A stretch of DNA of 24,000 nt, taken from contig NZ_JACBZH010000001.1 in NCBI RefSeq assembly GCF_013407855.1, forward strand, positions 6,756,838 to 6,780,837. The letters run 5' to 3'. Below, piece after piece: positions 1 to 7,418 of this stretch. A model generated the notes under the pieces. That model was not told the origin of the DNA. It was given only the letters and a program-made list of their open reading frames with translations, and did not search any database. Each line of letters begins with the position of its first letter. The stretch's first letter is position 1. The stretch is from Actinopolymorpha rutila (GTDB taxonomy: Bacteria > Actinomycetota > Actinomycetes > Propionibacteriales > Actinopolymorphaceae). The position numbers and the translations under genes were made by a program.

Positions 1-507
1 CTACACGGCGTGGCCGACCGGGTGGACATCCTCACCGGCACACTGGGCAAGGCGCTCGGCGGGGCCAGCGGGGGCTACACCAGCGCCCGGGCCGAGATCG
101 TCGAACTGCTGCGGCAACGGTCCCGGCCGTACCTCTTCTCCAACTCCCTCGCCCCGGCGATCGCGGCCGCCTCGATCACGGTCTTCGACCTGCTCGACTC
201 CTCCGACGAACTGCGGCAGCGGCTGCGCGACAACACCGCGTTCTTCCGGCAGCGGCTGGAGGACGAGGGCTTCGACGTCCTCCCCGGGGAGCACCCGATC
301 ATCCCGGTGATGTTCGGGGACGCCGTCCTCGCGGGCCGGATGGCGGCGGCCCTGCTCGACCTCGGCGTGTACGTGACGGCGTTCTCCTACCCCGTCGTGC
401 CGCACGGGACGGCCCGGATCCGTACGCAGGTCTCGGCCGCGCACACCCGTGAGGACCTCGAACACGCGGCATCCGCCTTCGCCCAGGCCCGGGACAAGGT
501 CGGCTAG
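1..507 (+). CDS. kbl: glycine C-acetyltransferase (2-amino-3-ketobutyrate CoA ligase), C-terminal part; 5' end lies outside the window
   Basis: The translation [44 protein letters not shown]...[11 protein letters not shown]...[20 protein letters not shown] is colinear with the PLP-lysine region and C-terminus of E. coli Kbl as I remember it. The frame is open back to position 1, so the GTG at 10 is not the true start. The TAG stop is at 505-507. Confidence 0.9.
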   Translation, partial: LHGVADRVDILTGTLGKALGGASGGYTSARAEIVELLRQRSRPYLFSNSLAPAIAAASITVFDLLDSSDELRQRLRDNTAFFRQRLEDEGFDVLPGEHPIIPVMFGDAVLAGRMAAALLDLGVYVTAFSYPVVPHGTARIRTQVSAAHTREDLEHAASAFAQARDKVG

Positions 508-526
508 GGCGTGTCCTGCGGATCTT
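507..526. repeat. IS terminal inverted repeat (left)
   Basis: GGGCGTGTCCTGCGGATCTT is the exact reverse complement of 1415-1434. Confidence 0.85.
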
Positions 527-1393
527 CATCGCAGGAGCAGGATGAGGCAGGCGATAAGGACTTCGGAGCGGTAGTAGGCGGCCCGTTTGGCGTAGCGGGT
601 GGCCAGACTGCGGAATTGTTTGAGGCGGTTGAAGCAGCGTTCGACCACGTTGCGGTTGCGGTAGAGCTCGGGGTCGAACGCTGGTGGGCGTCCGCCGGCT
701 CGGCCGCGTTGTTTGCGGCGCTGGATCTGGTCGGCACGCTCGGGAATGGTGACCTTGATTCGCCTGTGCCGTAAGGCTTTGCGGGTGGAGGGATGGGAAT
801 AGGCCTTGTCGGCCAGCACCCGCCCAACCTGCACCCGCACCCCGTCGATGCGCGGTCGGAGATCTCATCCAGCAGCGGCAGCAGTTGAGGGTTGTCACCC
901 GCCTGACCGGGGGTGAGGATCACGCTGACCGGTAGCCCGGCGCCGTCGACGGCCAGGTGCAGTTTGCTGGTCAGCCCGCCCCGGGATCTGCCCAGGGCCT
1001 CTCCTGGCACGGCGAGGTTTTCGATCCAGTCCGCGCAGCCCCCTTTTTCCGGGCTCCAGCGGCATGCTGGTGTGCCCGGATGTGGGTGGAGTCCACACTG
1101 ATCACCCACTCGACCTCACCGACGGAGTCGTCTTTGGTGACGACCTCGCTCATCAGCTTGTCCCAGGTGCCGTCCGCGGTCCATTTCCGTAACCGCTCAT
1201 GGGCTGTCTTCCATGGCCCATAACGTTCTGGCAGGTCACGCCAGGGTGCCCCGGTACGCAACTTCCACAAGATGGCGTTGACCACCTGCCGATGCTCACG
1301 CCACCTGCCACCAGGTGCTCCCGCACCCGGCAACAACGGCTCTATCCGCGCCCACGCCCGGTCAGTAACCTCACCCCGTCCAACCACCCACAC
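526..1393 (-). pseudogene. IS5-family DDE transposase (OrfA/OrfB) read in three frames: a candidate programmed -1 slip plus a second frame break
   Basis: OrfA (1393->971) reads ...TDRAWARIEPLLP...NAILWKLRTGAPWRDLPERYGPWKTAHERLRKW...DSTHIRAHQHAAGARKKG. The -1 frame after GGAAAAAGGGGG (1039-1050, minus strand) reads GRSRGGLTSKLHLAVDGAGLPVSVILTPGQAGDNPQLLPLLDEI. A third frame from about 855 reads RVLADKAYSHPSTRKALRHRRIKVTIPERADQI...RNVVERCFNRLKQFRSLATRYAKRA. All three are typical IS5/IS427-group transposase segments. Confidence 0.6.
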
Positions 1394-1414
1394 ATCGTGA
1401 CCGAACGATCACCC

Positions 1415-1434
1415 AAGATCCGCAGGACACGCCC
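1415..1434. repeat. IS terminal inverted repeat (right)
   Basis: AAGATCCGCAGGACACGCCC is the exact reverse complement of 507-526. Confidence 0.85.
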
Positions 1435-1468
1435 TAGGGGCTGCAGCAGGTCGCTGGGGGTTAGTACC

Positions 1469-1517
1469 GAAGTGTGGAGACCAACGGGGCTATGACCACC
1501 GCGAGTCTCCACACTTC
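1469..1517. terminator. 13-bp perfect stem-loop in the original kbl/cysN convergent spacer
   Basis: GAAGTGTGGAGAC (1469-1481) pairs exactly with GTCTCCACACTTC (1505-1517) around a 23-nt loop. It lies about 95 nt downstream of the cysN stop. There is no U-tract. Confidence 0.35.
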
Positions 1518-1611
1518 ACGACGACGAGCCGCCCCAACCCGGAAGCGTGAAACCAACGGGGGTCCTGACCACCCGCACCTTCCACACTGCAACGAGCTGC
1601 CGGCCCACGCC

Positions 1612-2862
1612 CTAGTCGGCGTTCATCACCATGCCGGCGCCGACGGTGACGTTGGTGGCCTCGTCGACCAGGACGAAGCCGCCCGTCTGCCGGTTGCGTG
1701 CGTAGTCGTCGACGAACAACGGCTGGGCCACCCGCAGGTCGACCCGCCCGATCTCGTTCAGCGCGAGCCGGTCGGCGCTCTCGTCGCGGTGCAGGGTGTT
1801 GACGTCGAGCCGGTAGTGCAGCTTCTTGACAATCGCCCTGGCGGTGCGGGTGGTGTGCTTGATGTAGATCCGCTGACCTGGCTTCAGCGGCGCGTCGGTC
1901 ATCCAGCTGACCATCGCGCTGAGGTTCTGCGCGACCGTGGGCTGGTTGTGCGGACGGCAGATCAGGTCGCCGCGGGAGACGTCGAGGTCGTCCTCGAGCA
2001 GCACCGTCACCGACATCGGCGAGAACGCCTCGTCGACCGGGCCGTCGGCGGTGTCGATGCGTTTGATCCGCGAGGTCATCCCGGACGGGAGCACCATCAC
2101 CTCGTCACCGGGCTTGAGCACCCCGCCGACGACCTGACCGGCGTACCCGCGGTAGTCGTGGTAGTCGTCGGAGTGCGGGCGGATGACGTACTGCACCGGC
2201 AGCCTGGGGTCCTGGAGGTTGCGGTCGCTGGCGACGTGGATGTTCTCCAGGTGGTGCAGCAGCGACGGCCCGTCGTACCACGGCATGTTGGTCGACCGCT
2301 CGACGACGTTGTCACCGGCGAGCGCGGAGATCGGGATCACCTGCAGGTCGGGGGTCGTCAGCTTGGTGGCGAAGCCCAGGAACTCCTGCCGGATGCGCTC
2401 GTACACCTCCTGGTCGTAGTCGACCAGGTCCATCTTGTTGACGCAGACGACCAGGTGCGGCACCCGCAGCAGCGAGACCAGGAACGCGTGCCGGCGGGTC
2501 TGCTCGACCAGGCCGTTGCGCGCGTCGACCAGCACCAGGGCGAGGTCGGCGTTGGAGGCGCCGGTCACCATGTTGCGGGTGTACTGGATGTGTCCGGGGG
2601 TGTCGGCGATGATGAACTTGCGTTTGGGCGTGGCGAAGTAGCGGTACGCCACGTCGATGGTGATGCCCTGCTCGCGCTCGGCGCGCAGTCCGTCGGTGAG
2701 CAGCGCGAGGTTGGTGTACTCGAAGCCCCGGTCGCGGCTGGTGCGTTCGACGGACTCCAACTGGTCCTCGAAGATCGCCTTGGAGTCGTAGAGCAGGCGC
2801 CCGATCAGGGTGCTCTTGCCGTCGTCGACGCTGCCCGCCGTGGCGAAGCGCAGGAGATCCAC
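1612..2862 (-). CDS. cysN: sulfate adenylyltransferase subunit 1 (GTPase), without a fused APS-kinase domain
   Basis: The N-terminus is MDLLRFATAGSVDDGKSTLIGRLLYDSK (G1 motif), followed by DTPGH and NKMD GTPase motifs. At 416 aa it is the length of CysN alone. The GTG start overlaps the cysD TAG by 1 nt (TAGTG). Confidence 0.93.
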   Translation of the reverse strand: MDLLRFATAGSVDDGKSTLIGRLLYDSKAIFEDQLESVERTSRDRGFEYTNLALLTDGLRAEREQGITIDVAYRYFATPKRKFIIADTPGHIQYTRNMVTGASNADLALVLVDARNGLVEQTRRHAFLVSLLRVPHLVVCVNKMDLVDYDQEVYERIRQEFLGFATKLTTPDLQVIPISALAGDNVVERSTNMPWYDGPSLLHHLENIHVASDRNLQDPRLPVQYVIRPHSDDYHDYRGYAGQVVGGVLKPGDEVMVLPSGMTSRIKRIDTADGPVDEAFSPMSVTVLLEDDLDVSRGDLICRPHNQPTVAQNLSAMVSWMTDAPLKPGQRIYIKHTTRTARAIVKKLHYRLDVNTLHRDESADRLALNEIGRVDLRVAQPLFVDDYARNRQTGGFVLVDEATNVTVGAGMVMNAD

Positions 2863-3767
2863 TAGAAATAACCTTCCCGCTTGCGGTCTTCCATCGAGGC
2901 CTCGCTCACCCGGTCGTCGGCGCGGGTCGCGCCGCGCTCGGTGATCCGGCTGGTGGCCACCTCGGTGATGATGTCGGCCACGGTGGCCGCGGTCGACTCC
3001 ACCGCTCCGGTGCAGGAAATGTCGCCGACCGTGCGGTAACGGACCGTCGCCTCGTGCAGCTCCTCACCCTCCCGCCGGGGCAGGACGGCCGACTCCGAGA
3101 GCAGCATCCCGTCGCGCTCGAACACCTTGCGCCGGTGCGCGAAGTAGATGGACGGGATCTCCACGTTGTCGTCGGAGATGTACTGCCAGATGTCGAGCTC
3201 GGTCCAGTTGGACACCGGGAACGCCCGGATCGACTCTCCGGGGTGGATCCGGCCGTTGTAGATGTTCCAGAGCTCGGGTCGCTGGTTCTTGGGGTCCCAC
3301 TGGCCGAACTCGTCGCGGAAGGAGAAGACGCGTTCCTTCGCGCGGGCCTTCTCCTCGTCGCGGCGCGCCCCGCCCATCAGCGCGTCGAAGCTGTGCTTCT
3401 CGACCGTCTCCAGCAGGACCTGGGTCTGCAGCGGGTTGCGGCTCTGGCCGGGGCGCTCGGTCAGCCGACCCTCGTCGATGGCTTCCTGCACCGAGCCGAC
3501 CACCAGGCGTACGCCGAGGTCGGCGACCAGCCGGTCGCGGAAGTCGATCACCTCGGCGAAGTTGTGCCCGGTGTCGACGTGCAGGAGGGCGAACGGGATG
3601 CGGGCCGGCCAGAACGCCTTCTGGGCGAGGCGCAGCATCACGCAGGAGTCCTTGCCGCCGGAGAACAGCAGCGCCGGCCGCTCGAACTCCGCAGCCACCT
3701 CACGAATGATGTGAATGGATTCGGACTCGAGGGCCTGCAGGTGGGACAAGCGGTAGTCGAGGGGCAT
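2862..3767 (-). CDS. cysD: sulfate adenylyltransferase subunit 2
   Basis: MPLDYRLSHLQALESESIHIIREVAAEFERPALLFSGGKDSCVMLRLA... carries the PAPS-reductase/ATP-PPase SGGKDS motif and ends ...SMEDRKREGYF. I chose the ATG at 3767 (301 aa), because the 74 codons upstream in the 375-aa ORF have no CysD similarity. Confidence 0.92.
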   Translation of the reverse strand: MPLDYRLSHLQALESESIHIIREVAAEFERPALLFSGGKDSCVMLRLAQKAFWPARIPFALLHVDTGHNFAEVIDFRDRLVADLGVRLVVGSVQEAIDEGRLTERPGQSRNPLQTQVLLETVEKHSFDALMGGARRDEEKARAKERVFSFRDEFGQWDPKNQRPELWNIYNGRIHPGESIRAFPVSNWTELDIWQYISDDNVEIPSIYFAHRRKVFERDGMLLSESAVLPRREGEELHEATVRYRTVGDISCTGAVESTAATVADIITEVATSRITERGATRADDRVSEASMEDRKREGYF

Positions 3768-3975
3768 AACACCACCAGGTGGTCGTCGAGGTGGGTCCTC
3801 CGGCGGACCACCCATGGGCAGCAAATTCGAAAGTCTCGGCAACGTGGACGAACGGAGCGATGGTACCTGCAGCGCTGCGGGAACCCACTCGCATCGCCGG
3901 ATCCTGGACATCACACGCGGCCGACGGACACGACGGTAACGGACGGGGAGTACGCATGACCTCGGTAGGGATGCG

Positions 3976-4686
3976 ATGACGCTGTTCATCGTGGGAGCGG
4001 GCGGCTTCGGCCGGGAGACCTACGACGCGGTACTCGCTGCCCGCGACAGTGCGTCGGGGTCCGGTCACCTGAGTCGCCCGGGCAATGGTGGCGCCGGGCA
4101 GAGCGCCCCGGGAAACGGTGTGTCGGCGAACGGGTCCCTCGGCAACGGCCGTGCGGTGACCGAGCCGGTGGTGTTCTGTGACCACGCGCTCGCGGGGGAG
4201 AAGGTCCGCGGCCTGCCGATCGTCCACCCGGACGAGGTCGACGACGACTTCGTGGTCGCGATCTCCGACCCCGAGGTGCGGGCCCGGCTGTCCGCCGAGT
4301 TCGAGGGCCGCGGGCTGAACCCCCGCACGATCGTGCACCCGCGCGCCGTGATCGGCCCGGAGACGGTCCTGGGCGCCGGCAGCGTCGTCCTCGCGATGGC
4401 GTATGTCTCGTCCTCGTGCGTCCTCGGCCGGCACGTACAGATCAGCTACAACACCACGCTCGGCCACGACTGCCGGCTGTCCGACGTCACCACGGTCCTG
4501 CCGGGCGCCAACGTCGCCGGCTCGGTGCACCTCGCCGTCGGCGCCACCGTGGGCTCGAACGCGTTCGTACGGCAGGGACTGACGGTAGGCGCGGGCGCCT
4601 TCGTCGGCGCGGGAGCGGTGGTGACCAGGGACGTGCCGCCGCGGACCGTGGTGGTCGGCGTTCCGGCCCGGCCGCAGGCACACTGA
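3976..4686 (+). CDS. NeuD/PglD-family sugar N-acetyltransferase (left-handed beta-helix, hexapeptide repeats)
   Basis: The N-terminus LFIVGAGGFGRETYDAV has a Rossmann-like GAGG motif. The C-terminal hexapeptide-repeat region reads IVHPRAVIGPETVLGAGSVVLAMAYV...GHDCRLSDVTTVLPGANVAGSVHLAVGATVGSNAFV...GAGAFVGAGAVVTRDVPPRTVVVGVPAR. Confidence 0.85.
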   Translation: MTLFIVGAGGFGRETYDAVLAARDSASGSGHLSRPGNGGAGQSAPGNGVSANGSLGNGRAVTEPVVFCDHALAGEKVRGLPIVHPDEVDDDFVVAISDPEVRARLSAEFEGRGLNPRTIVHPRAVIGPETVLGAGSVVLAMAYVSSSCVLGRHVQISYNTTLGHDCRLSDVTTVLPGANVAGSVHLAVGATVGSNAFVRQGLTVGAGAFVGAGAVVTRDVPPRTVVVGVPARPQAH

Positions 4687-4737
4687 CCTGCCGGAGCCTG
4701 CCGAGCCGCCGGAGCCGCCGGGGCCGCCGGCGAACGG

Positions 4738-5415
4738 TCAGCCGGCACGCAACAGTCGCCGGGCCTTCGCGTCCAGGACGAGTTCGTCGGTCAGCGCCTC
4801 GCCGCGTTCCTCGTCCAGGTCGGACATCAGCGCACGGGAGTCGACCACGACGCCCTCCCGGGTGAAGACGATCTTCGCGGTCTGCAGGACGATCCGCAGG
4901 TCCAGCCACAGCGAGCACCGCTCGACGTACTCCACGTCCAAGCTCAGCCGGGCGCTCCAGCTGACGGTGTTGCGCCCGGCGATCTGCGCCAGCCCGGTGA
5001 TCCCCGGGCGGACGTCGAACCGGCGGCGTTCGTGCGCGGTGTACCAGAGGTCGTACTTCCGCAGCAGCGGTCGCGGGCCGACGATGCTCATGTCGCCACG
5101 CAGGACGTTGATCAGCTGCGGGATCTCGTCCAGGCTCAGCGCGCGCAGCAGCCGGCCCAGTCGGGTGAGCCTCCGGTGGTCGGGGAGCAGATCGCCGTCG
5201 CGGTCGCGGCGGTCGGTCATCGTGCGGAACTTCAGGACGGGGAACGGCCGGCCGTTCATCCCGGTGCGCTGCTGACTAAAGAGCACGGGGGCGCCCAGCC
5301 GCCATCGGACCACCAAGCAGATGGCGAGGACCAGCGGCGAGAGGACCCCCAACCCGGCGAGGGCGAGCCCGATGTCGAAGGCCCGCTTGCACCCTCGTGC
5401 CACCTGGATTCTCAC
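4738..5415 (-). CDS. small monotopic phosphoglycosyl transferase (bacterial sugar transferase family, PglC/WbaP-C-terminal type), undecaprenyl-phosphate sugar-1-phosphate transferase
   Basis: KRAFDIGLALAGLGVLSPLVLAICLVV...PVLFSQQRTGMNGRPFPVLKFRTM...DEIPQLINVLRGDMSIVGPRP...RPGITGLAQI are the hallmark motifs of this family. I chose the GTG at 5415, which has GAGGGGAG 5 nt upstream. The longer ORF extending to 5694 runs into the low-GC3 spacer. Confidence 0.85.
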   Translation of the reverse strand: MRIQVARGCKRAFDIGLALAGLGVLSPLVLAICLVVRWRLGAPVLFSQQRTGMNGRPFPVLKFRTMTDRRDRDGDLLPDHRRLTRLGRLLRALSLDEIPQLINVLRGDMSIVGPRPLLRKYDLWYTAHERRRFDVRPGITGLAQIAGRNTVSWSARLSLDVEYVERCSLWLDLRIVLQTAKIVFTREGVVVDSRALMSDLDEERGEALTDELVLDAKARRLLRAG

Positions 5416-5919
5416 AGCGCTCCCCTCGGCGACGGGCGACCGCGCCTGTTCCGGTGCCCGTCGCACGGCAGGCGTCCGCAGAGGTTTTCCGTAAGGGAAG
5501 AAGCGGACGTGATGGCCGATACGAACAGATGCCGGTCGGTGCGGACAGACGATGTTTCGGACAGTTGTCCGGGCCGTCTGCGAGAACACCGCTTCAATTC
5601 GCTGACGCGAAGATCTGTGGGCGTTCTCACGTCGCAGGAGATACCCGGAGGGGTGACTGTCGATGCCCAGAAGTGATCTTCCCTTACTGTCCACGACAAA
5701 CCTGTTGTGTACGACAAATAGGACGATAACGGGCCCCGCGGTGCCCGTGTTTGTACGTACGTAGATCGTTCACCCGCTTGGGATTCCACTGTTCGCGCTC
5801 ATTCGGGACGGAGTTCGAAGATCGGCTTCTGAACACCTGACCACGTCGATCCGCCGGTGGAACTCGTCGCGACAGTCCGCTTTCCTCCCGACCTGCGCTT
5901 CCGCATGCCGGGACGAGCA

Positions 5920-6125
5920 TTTGAAAGTTCTCACCGAAATCCCGCACAATGCAGCACGGCCACGGGGGCCGAAAGCCGACACAAAACGAGCACGGCCTCC
6001 GACATGTCCGAGCATCAACAGCATCGACAGCGCTGTCCTGTGTGCCGGAATCCGAGAATTCTGTGAGAGATTTCTCCTTCGTTCGGGTGGCCCGTGTGAA
6101 CGACGCAGACCCGAAAGAAGGAGTC
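5920..6125 (+). promoter_or_regulatory. structured 5' leader of the muramidase gene; candidate ydaO-type (c-di-AMP) riboswitch
   Basis: Two half-sites share the same layout: CCGAAAUCC (5934-5942) ... ACGGGGGCC (5962-5970), and CCGGAAUCC (6045-6053) ... CGGGUGGCC (6084-6092). ACCCGAAAG (6109-6117) follows and runs straight into the Shine-Dalgarno AAGGAG (6118-6123). Local hairpins are GAGAA...UUCUC (6055-6076) and CGUUC...GAACG (6080-6103). This is judged from my memory of the motif class, not from a covariance-model search. Confidence 0.35.
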
Positions 6126-6129
6126 CTCA

Positions 6130-7401
6130 GTGCGGCTTTCCGCATCCGCGCGTAGCAACCCCAGCGAGCCGCCCCGTCCCCGCTCGCGCCGTTCGTCCCT
6201 CACCCGCGGTGCCGCCACCCTGGTCGGCGCCGCCGCGCTCACGCTCGGGGTCGCCGCACCGTCGTACGCCACCACGTCCGCCGGAGCGGCCGGAGCGTCC
6301 GGTGCAGCCGGTGCGAGGGCCGACGGCGACCTGGCCGGCATCCCGGGCCTGCGGATGTCCCCGCAGGCGTTCGGCGGTCCCGACTACCTCGCCCGCTACC
6401 GACCCGGCGCCGCGGCCGGCGCCGCGCAGCAGCAGGCCGCCCGGCCCGTTCAGCCGCCGCAGCCCGACGGAGTCGTCGCCGCCACCGGCGAGGTGGCCGA
6501 CCTCAAGCAGGCGGTGCTCGCCCTGCGGGTGGCCACCCAGCAGCACGCCGCGGCGGTACGCGAGGTCGCGCGGGCCGCGGCCGCGAAGAAGGCAGCCGAG
6601 CGGAAGGTCGCCGAGCTCCGCAGGGCCGAGGCCGCGAAGAAGCTCGCCCAGGCAAAGGTCGCGAAGGACGCCGCGGCGAAGAAGGCGAAGGCGAACAAGT
6701 CGCAGGCCCCGAAGAAGTCCGCGGCCAAGCCGGCCGAGACCAGGTGGGAACCGCGCGGGCTGACCCGAGGAGCTCCCGGCATCGACGTGGCCAGCCACCA
6801 GGGCAACGTCGACTGGCCCTACTACCGGGACCAGGGCTTCAAGTTCGCCTACGTCAAGGCGACCGAGGGCACGTCCTACAAGAACCCGTTCTTCGACCAG
6901 CAGTTCAACGGTTCGGCGAAGGTCGGCATGCTGCACGGCACGTACCACTTCGGCCGGCCCGACCAGTCCAGCGGCGCCGAACAGGCGCGGTTCTTCGTCG
7001 CCAACGGCGGGCACTGGAAGCCCGACGGCAAGACGCTGCCAGGCGAGCTCGACATCGAGTTCGGCGAGGCGGTCGGGGTGTCGACCTGCTACAACCAGTC
7101 GGCGAACGGGATCGTCAACTTCGTCCGCGACTTCAGCAACGAGTACAAGCGGCTCACCGGCCGGCTCCCGGTCATCTACACCAACGGCTCGTGGTGGCAG
7201 CAGTGCGTCGGCAACAGCACCGCGTTCGGCCGCAACCCGCTGTGGCTCGCGAGCTACAACCCCGATCCCGGTCCCATGCCGGGAGGCTGGCAGAAGGGCC
7301 ACACCTTCTGGCAGTACACCGAGACCCCGATCGACAAGAACTACTTCAACGGGTCGCTGGCGGACCTGAAGACCTTCGCCAACCAGCGCTGGCCGCGCTG
7401 A
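6130..7401 (+). CDS. secreted GH25 muramidase (cellosyl/Ch-type lysozyme) with an Arg-Arg signal peptide and an Ala/Lys-rich linker
   Basis: The GTG start has AAGGAG 6 nt upstream. The signal peptide is SRRSSLTRGAATLVGAAALTLGVAAPSYA. The C-terminal domain GIDVASHQGNVDW...FAYVKATEGTSYKNPFF...GTYHFGRP...LPGELDIEF...FWQYTE...DKNYFNGS is colinear with Streptomyces GH25 lysozyme. Confidence 0.93.
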   Translation: MRLSASARSNPSEPPRPRSRRSSLTRGAATLVGAAALTLGVAAPSYATTSAGAAGASGAAGARADGDLAGIPGLRMSPQAFGGPDYLARYRPGAAAGAAQQQAARPVQPPQPDGVVAATGEVADLKQAVLALRVATQQHAAAVREVARAAAAKKAAERKVAELRRAEAAKKLAQAKVAKDAAAKKAKANKSQAPKKSAAKPAETRWEPRGLTRGAPGIDVASHQGNVDWPYYRDQGFKFAYVKATEGTSYKNPFFDQQFNGSAKVGMLHGTYHFGRPDQSSGAEQARFFVANGGHWKPDGKTLPGELDIEFGEAVGVSTCYNQSANGIVNFVRDFSNEYKRLTGRLPVIYTNGSWWQQCVGNSTAFGRNPLWLASYNPDPGPMPGGWQKGHTFWQYTETPIDKNYFNGSLADLKTFANQRWPR

Positions 7402-7418
7402 CGGTCGGCGGCGTCAGC
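7397..7418. terminator. short stem-loop spanning both stop codons of the convergent genes
   Basis: GCTGACG (7397-7403) pairs with CGTCAGC (7412-7418) around an 8-nt loop. It contains the TGA at 7399-7401 and the minus-strand stop at 7414-7416. Confidence 0.3.

Larger units (their letters stand above)
504..1437 (-). mobile_element. IS5-family (IS427-group-like) insertion sequence, about 928 bp (507-1434), flanked by TA/TA within a CTAG target
   Basis: Perfect 20-bp terminal inverted repeats GGGCGTGTCCTGCGGATCTT occur at 507-526 and, as reverse complement, at 1415-1434. CTA lies on the left (504-506) and TAG on the right (1435-1437). The interior encodes an IS5-type DDE transposase whose stop codon lies in the left IR. 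Confidence 0.85.

Noticed and set aside
1606-1615. CACGCCCTAG at the cysN stop matches the outer 8 nt of the IS right end plus its TA flank, so it could be a solo-IR remnant of an older insertion.
   Set aside because: Only about 10 nt match, and there is no second arm or adjacent transposase remnant. It is also explained as the end of the second copy of the 72-bp duplication, and as a CTAG-containing site of the kind this IS group prefers.
1474-2865. Long ORFs opposite to or out of frame with recognised genes: 1474-2865 +, 3054-3959 +, 3700-4683 -, 6127-7302 -, 10892-12505 -, 14205-16208 -, 17742-19247 -, 19843-22266 +, 22147-23970 -, and many shorter ones.
   Set aside because: They are shadow ORFs typical of high-G+C DNA. 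Their translations are Arg/Pro/Gly/Ala-rich with no family motifs. Each overlaps a gene whose product has clear homology and the expected G/C-rich third codon positions.
1612-3767. The idea that cysDN next to the glycan genes signals a sulfated polysaccharide pathway.
   Set aside because: No APS kinase (CysN is not fused to CysC) and no sulfotransferase is visible. cysDN is separated from the glycan genes by a divergent promoter region. CysDN alone fits ordinary assimilatory sulfate activation feeding an APS reductase.
2862-3989. N-terminal extensions of the track ORFs for cysD (to 3989), the dehydrogenase (to 8904), the PGT (to 5694), the CDP-alcohol transferase (from 10054), the GT4 (to 12708) and the binding protein (from 14031).
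   Set aside because: Homology begins at internal start codons (3767, 8757, 5415, 10189, 12528, 14130). These fit family N-termini, ribosome-binding sites or stop/start overlaps. The extra residues are Arg/Pro-rich with no similarity to anything.
5491-5688. A 10-bp long-range inverted repeat, GTAAGGGAAG (5491-5500) and CTTCCCTTAC (5679-5688), in the non-coding island.
   Set aside because: A single 10-mer match within a 700-bp region is reasonably likely by chance. No extended helix flanks it.
5412-6145. Candidate small proteins in the spacer: 5412-5789 -, 5684-6145 -, 5770-6024 -, 5857-6066 +, 5949-6155 +.
   Set aside because: Third codon positions are mixed A/T/G/C instead of almost all G/C as in the real genes here. 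There are no recognisable motifs and no convincing ribosome-binding sites.
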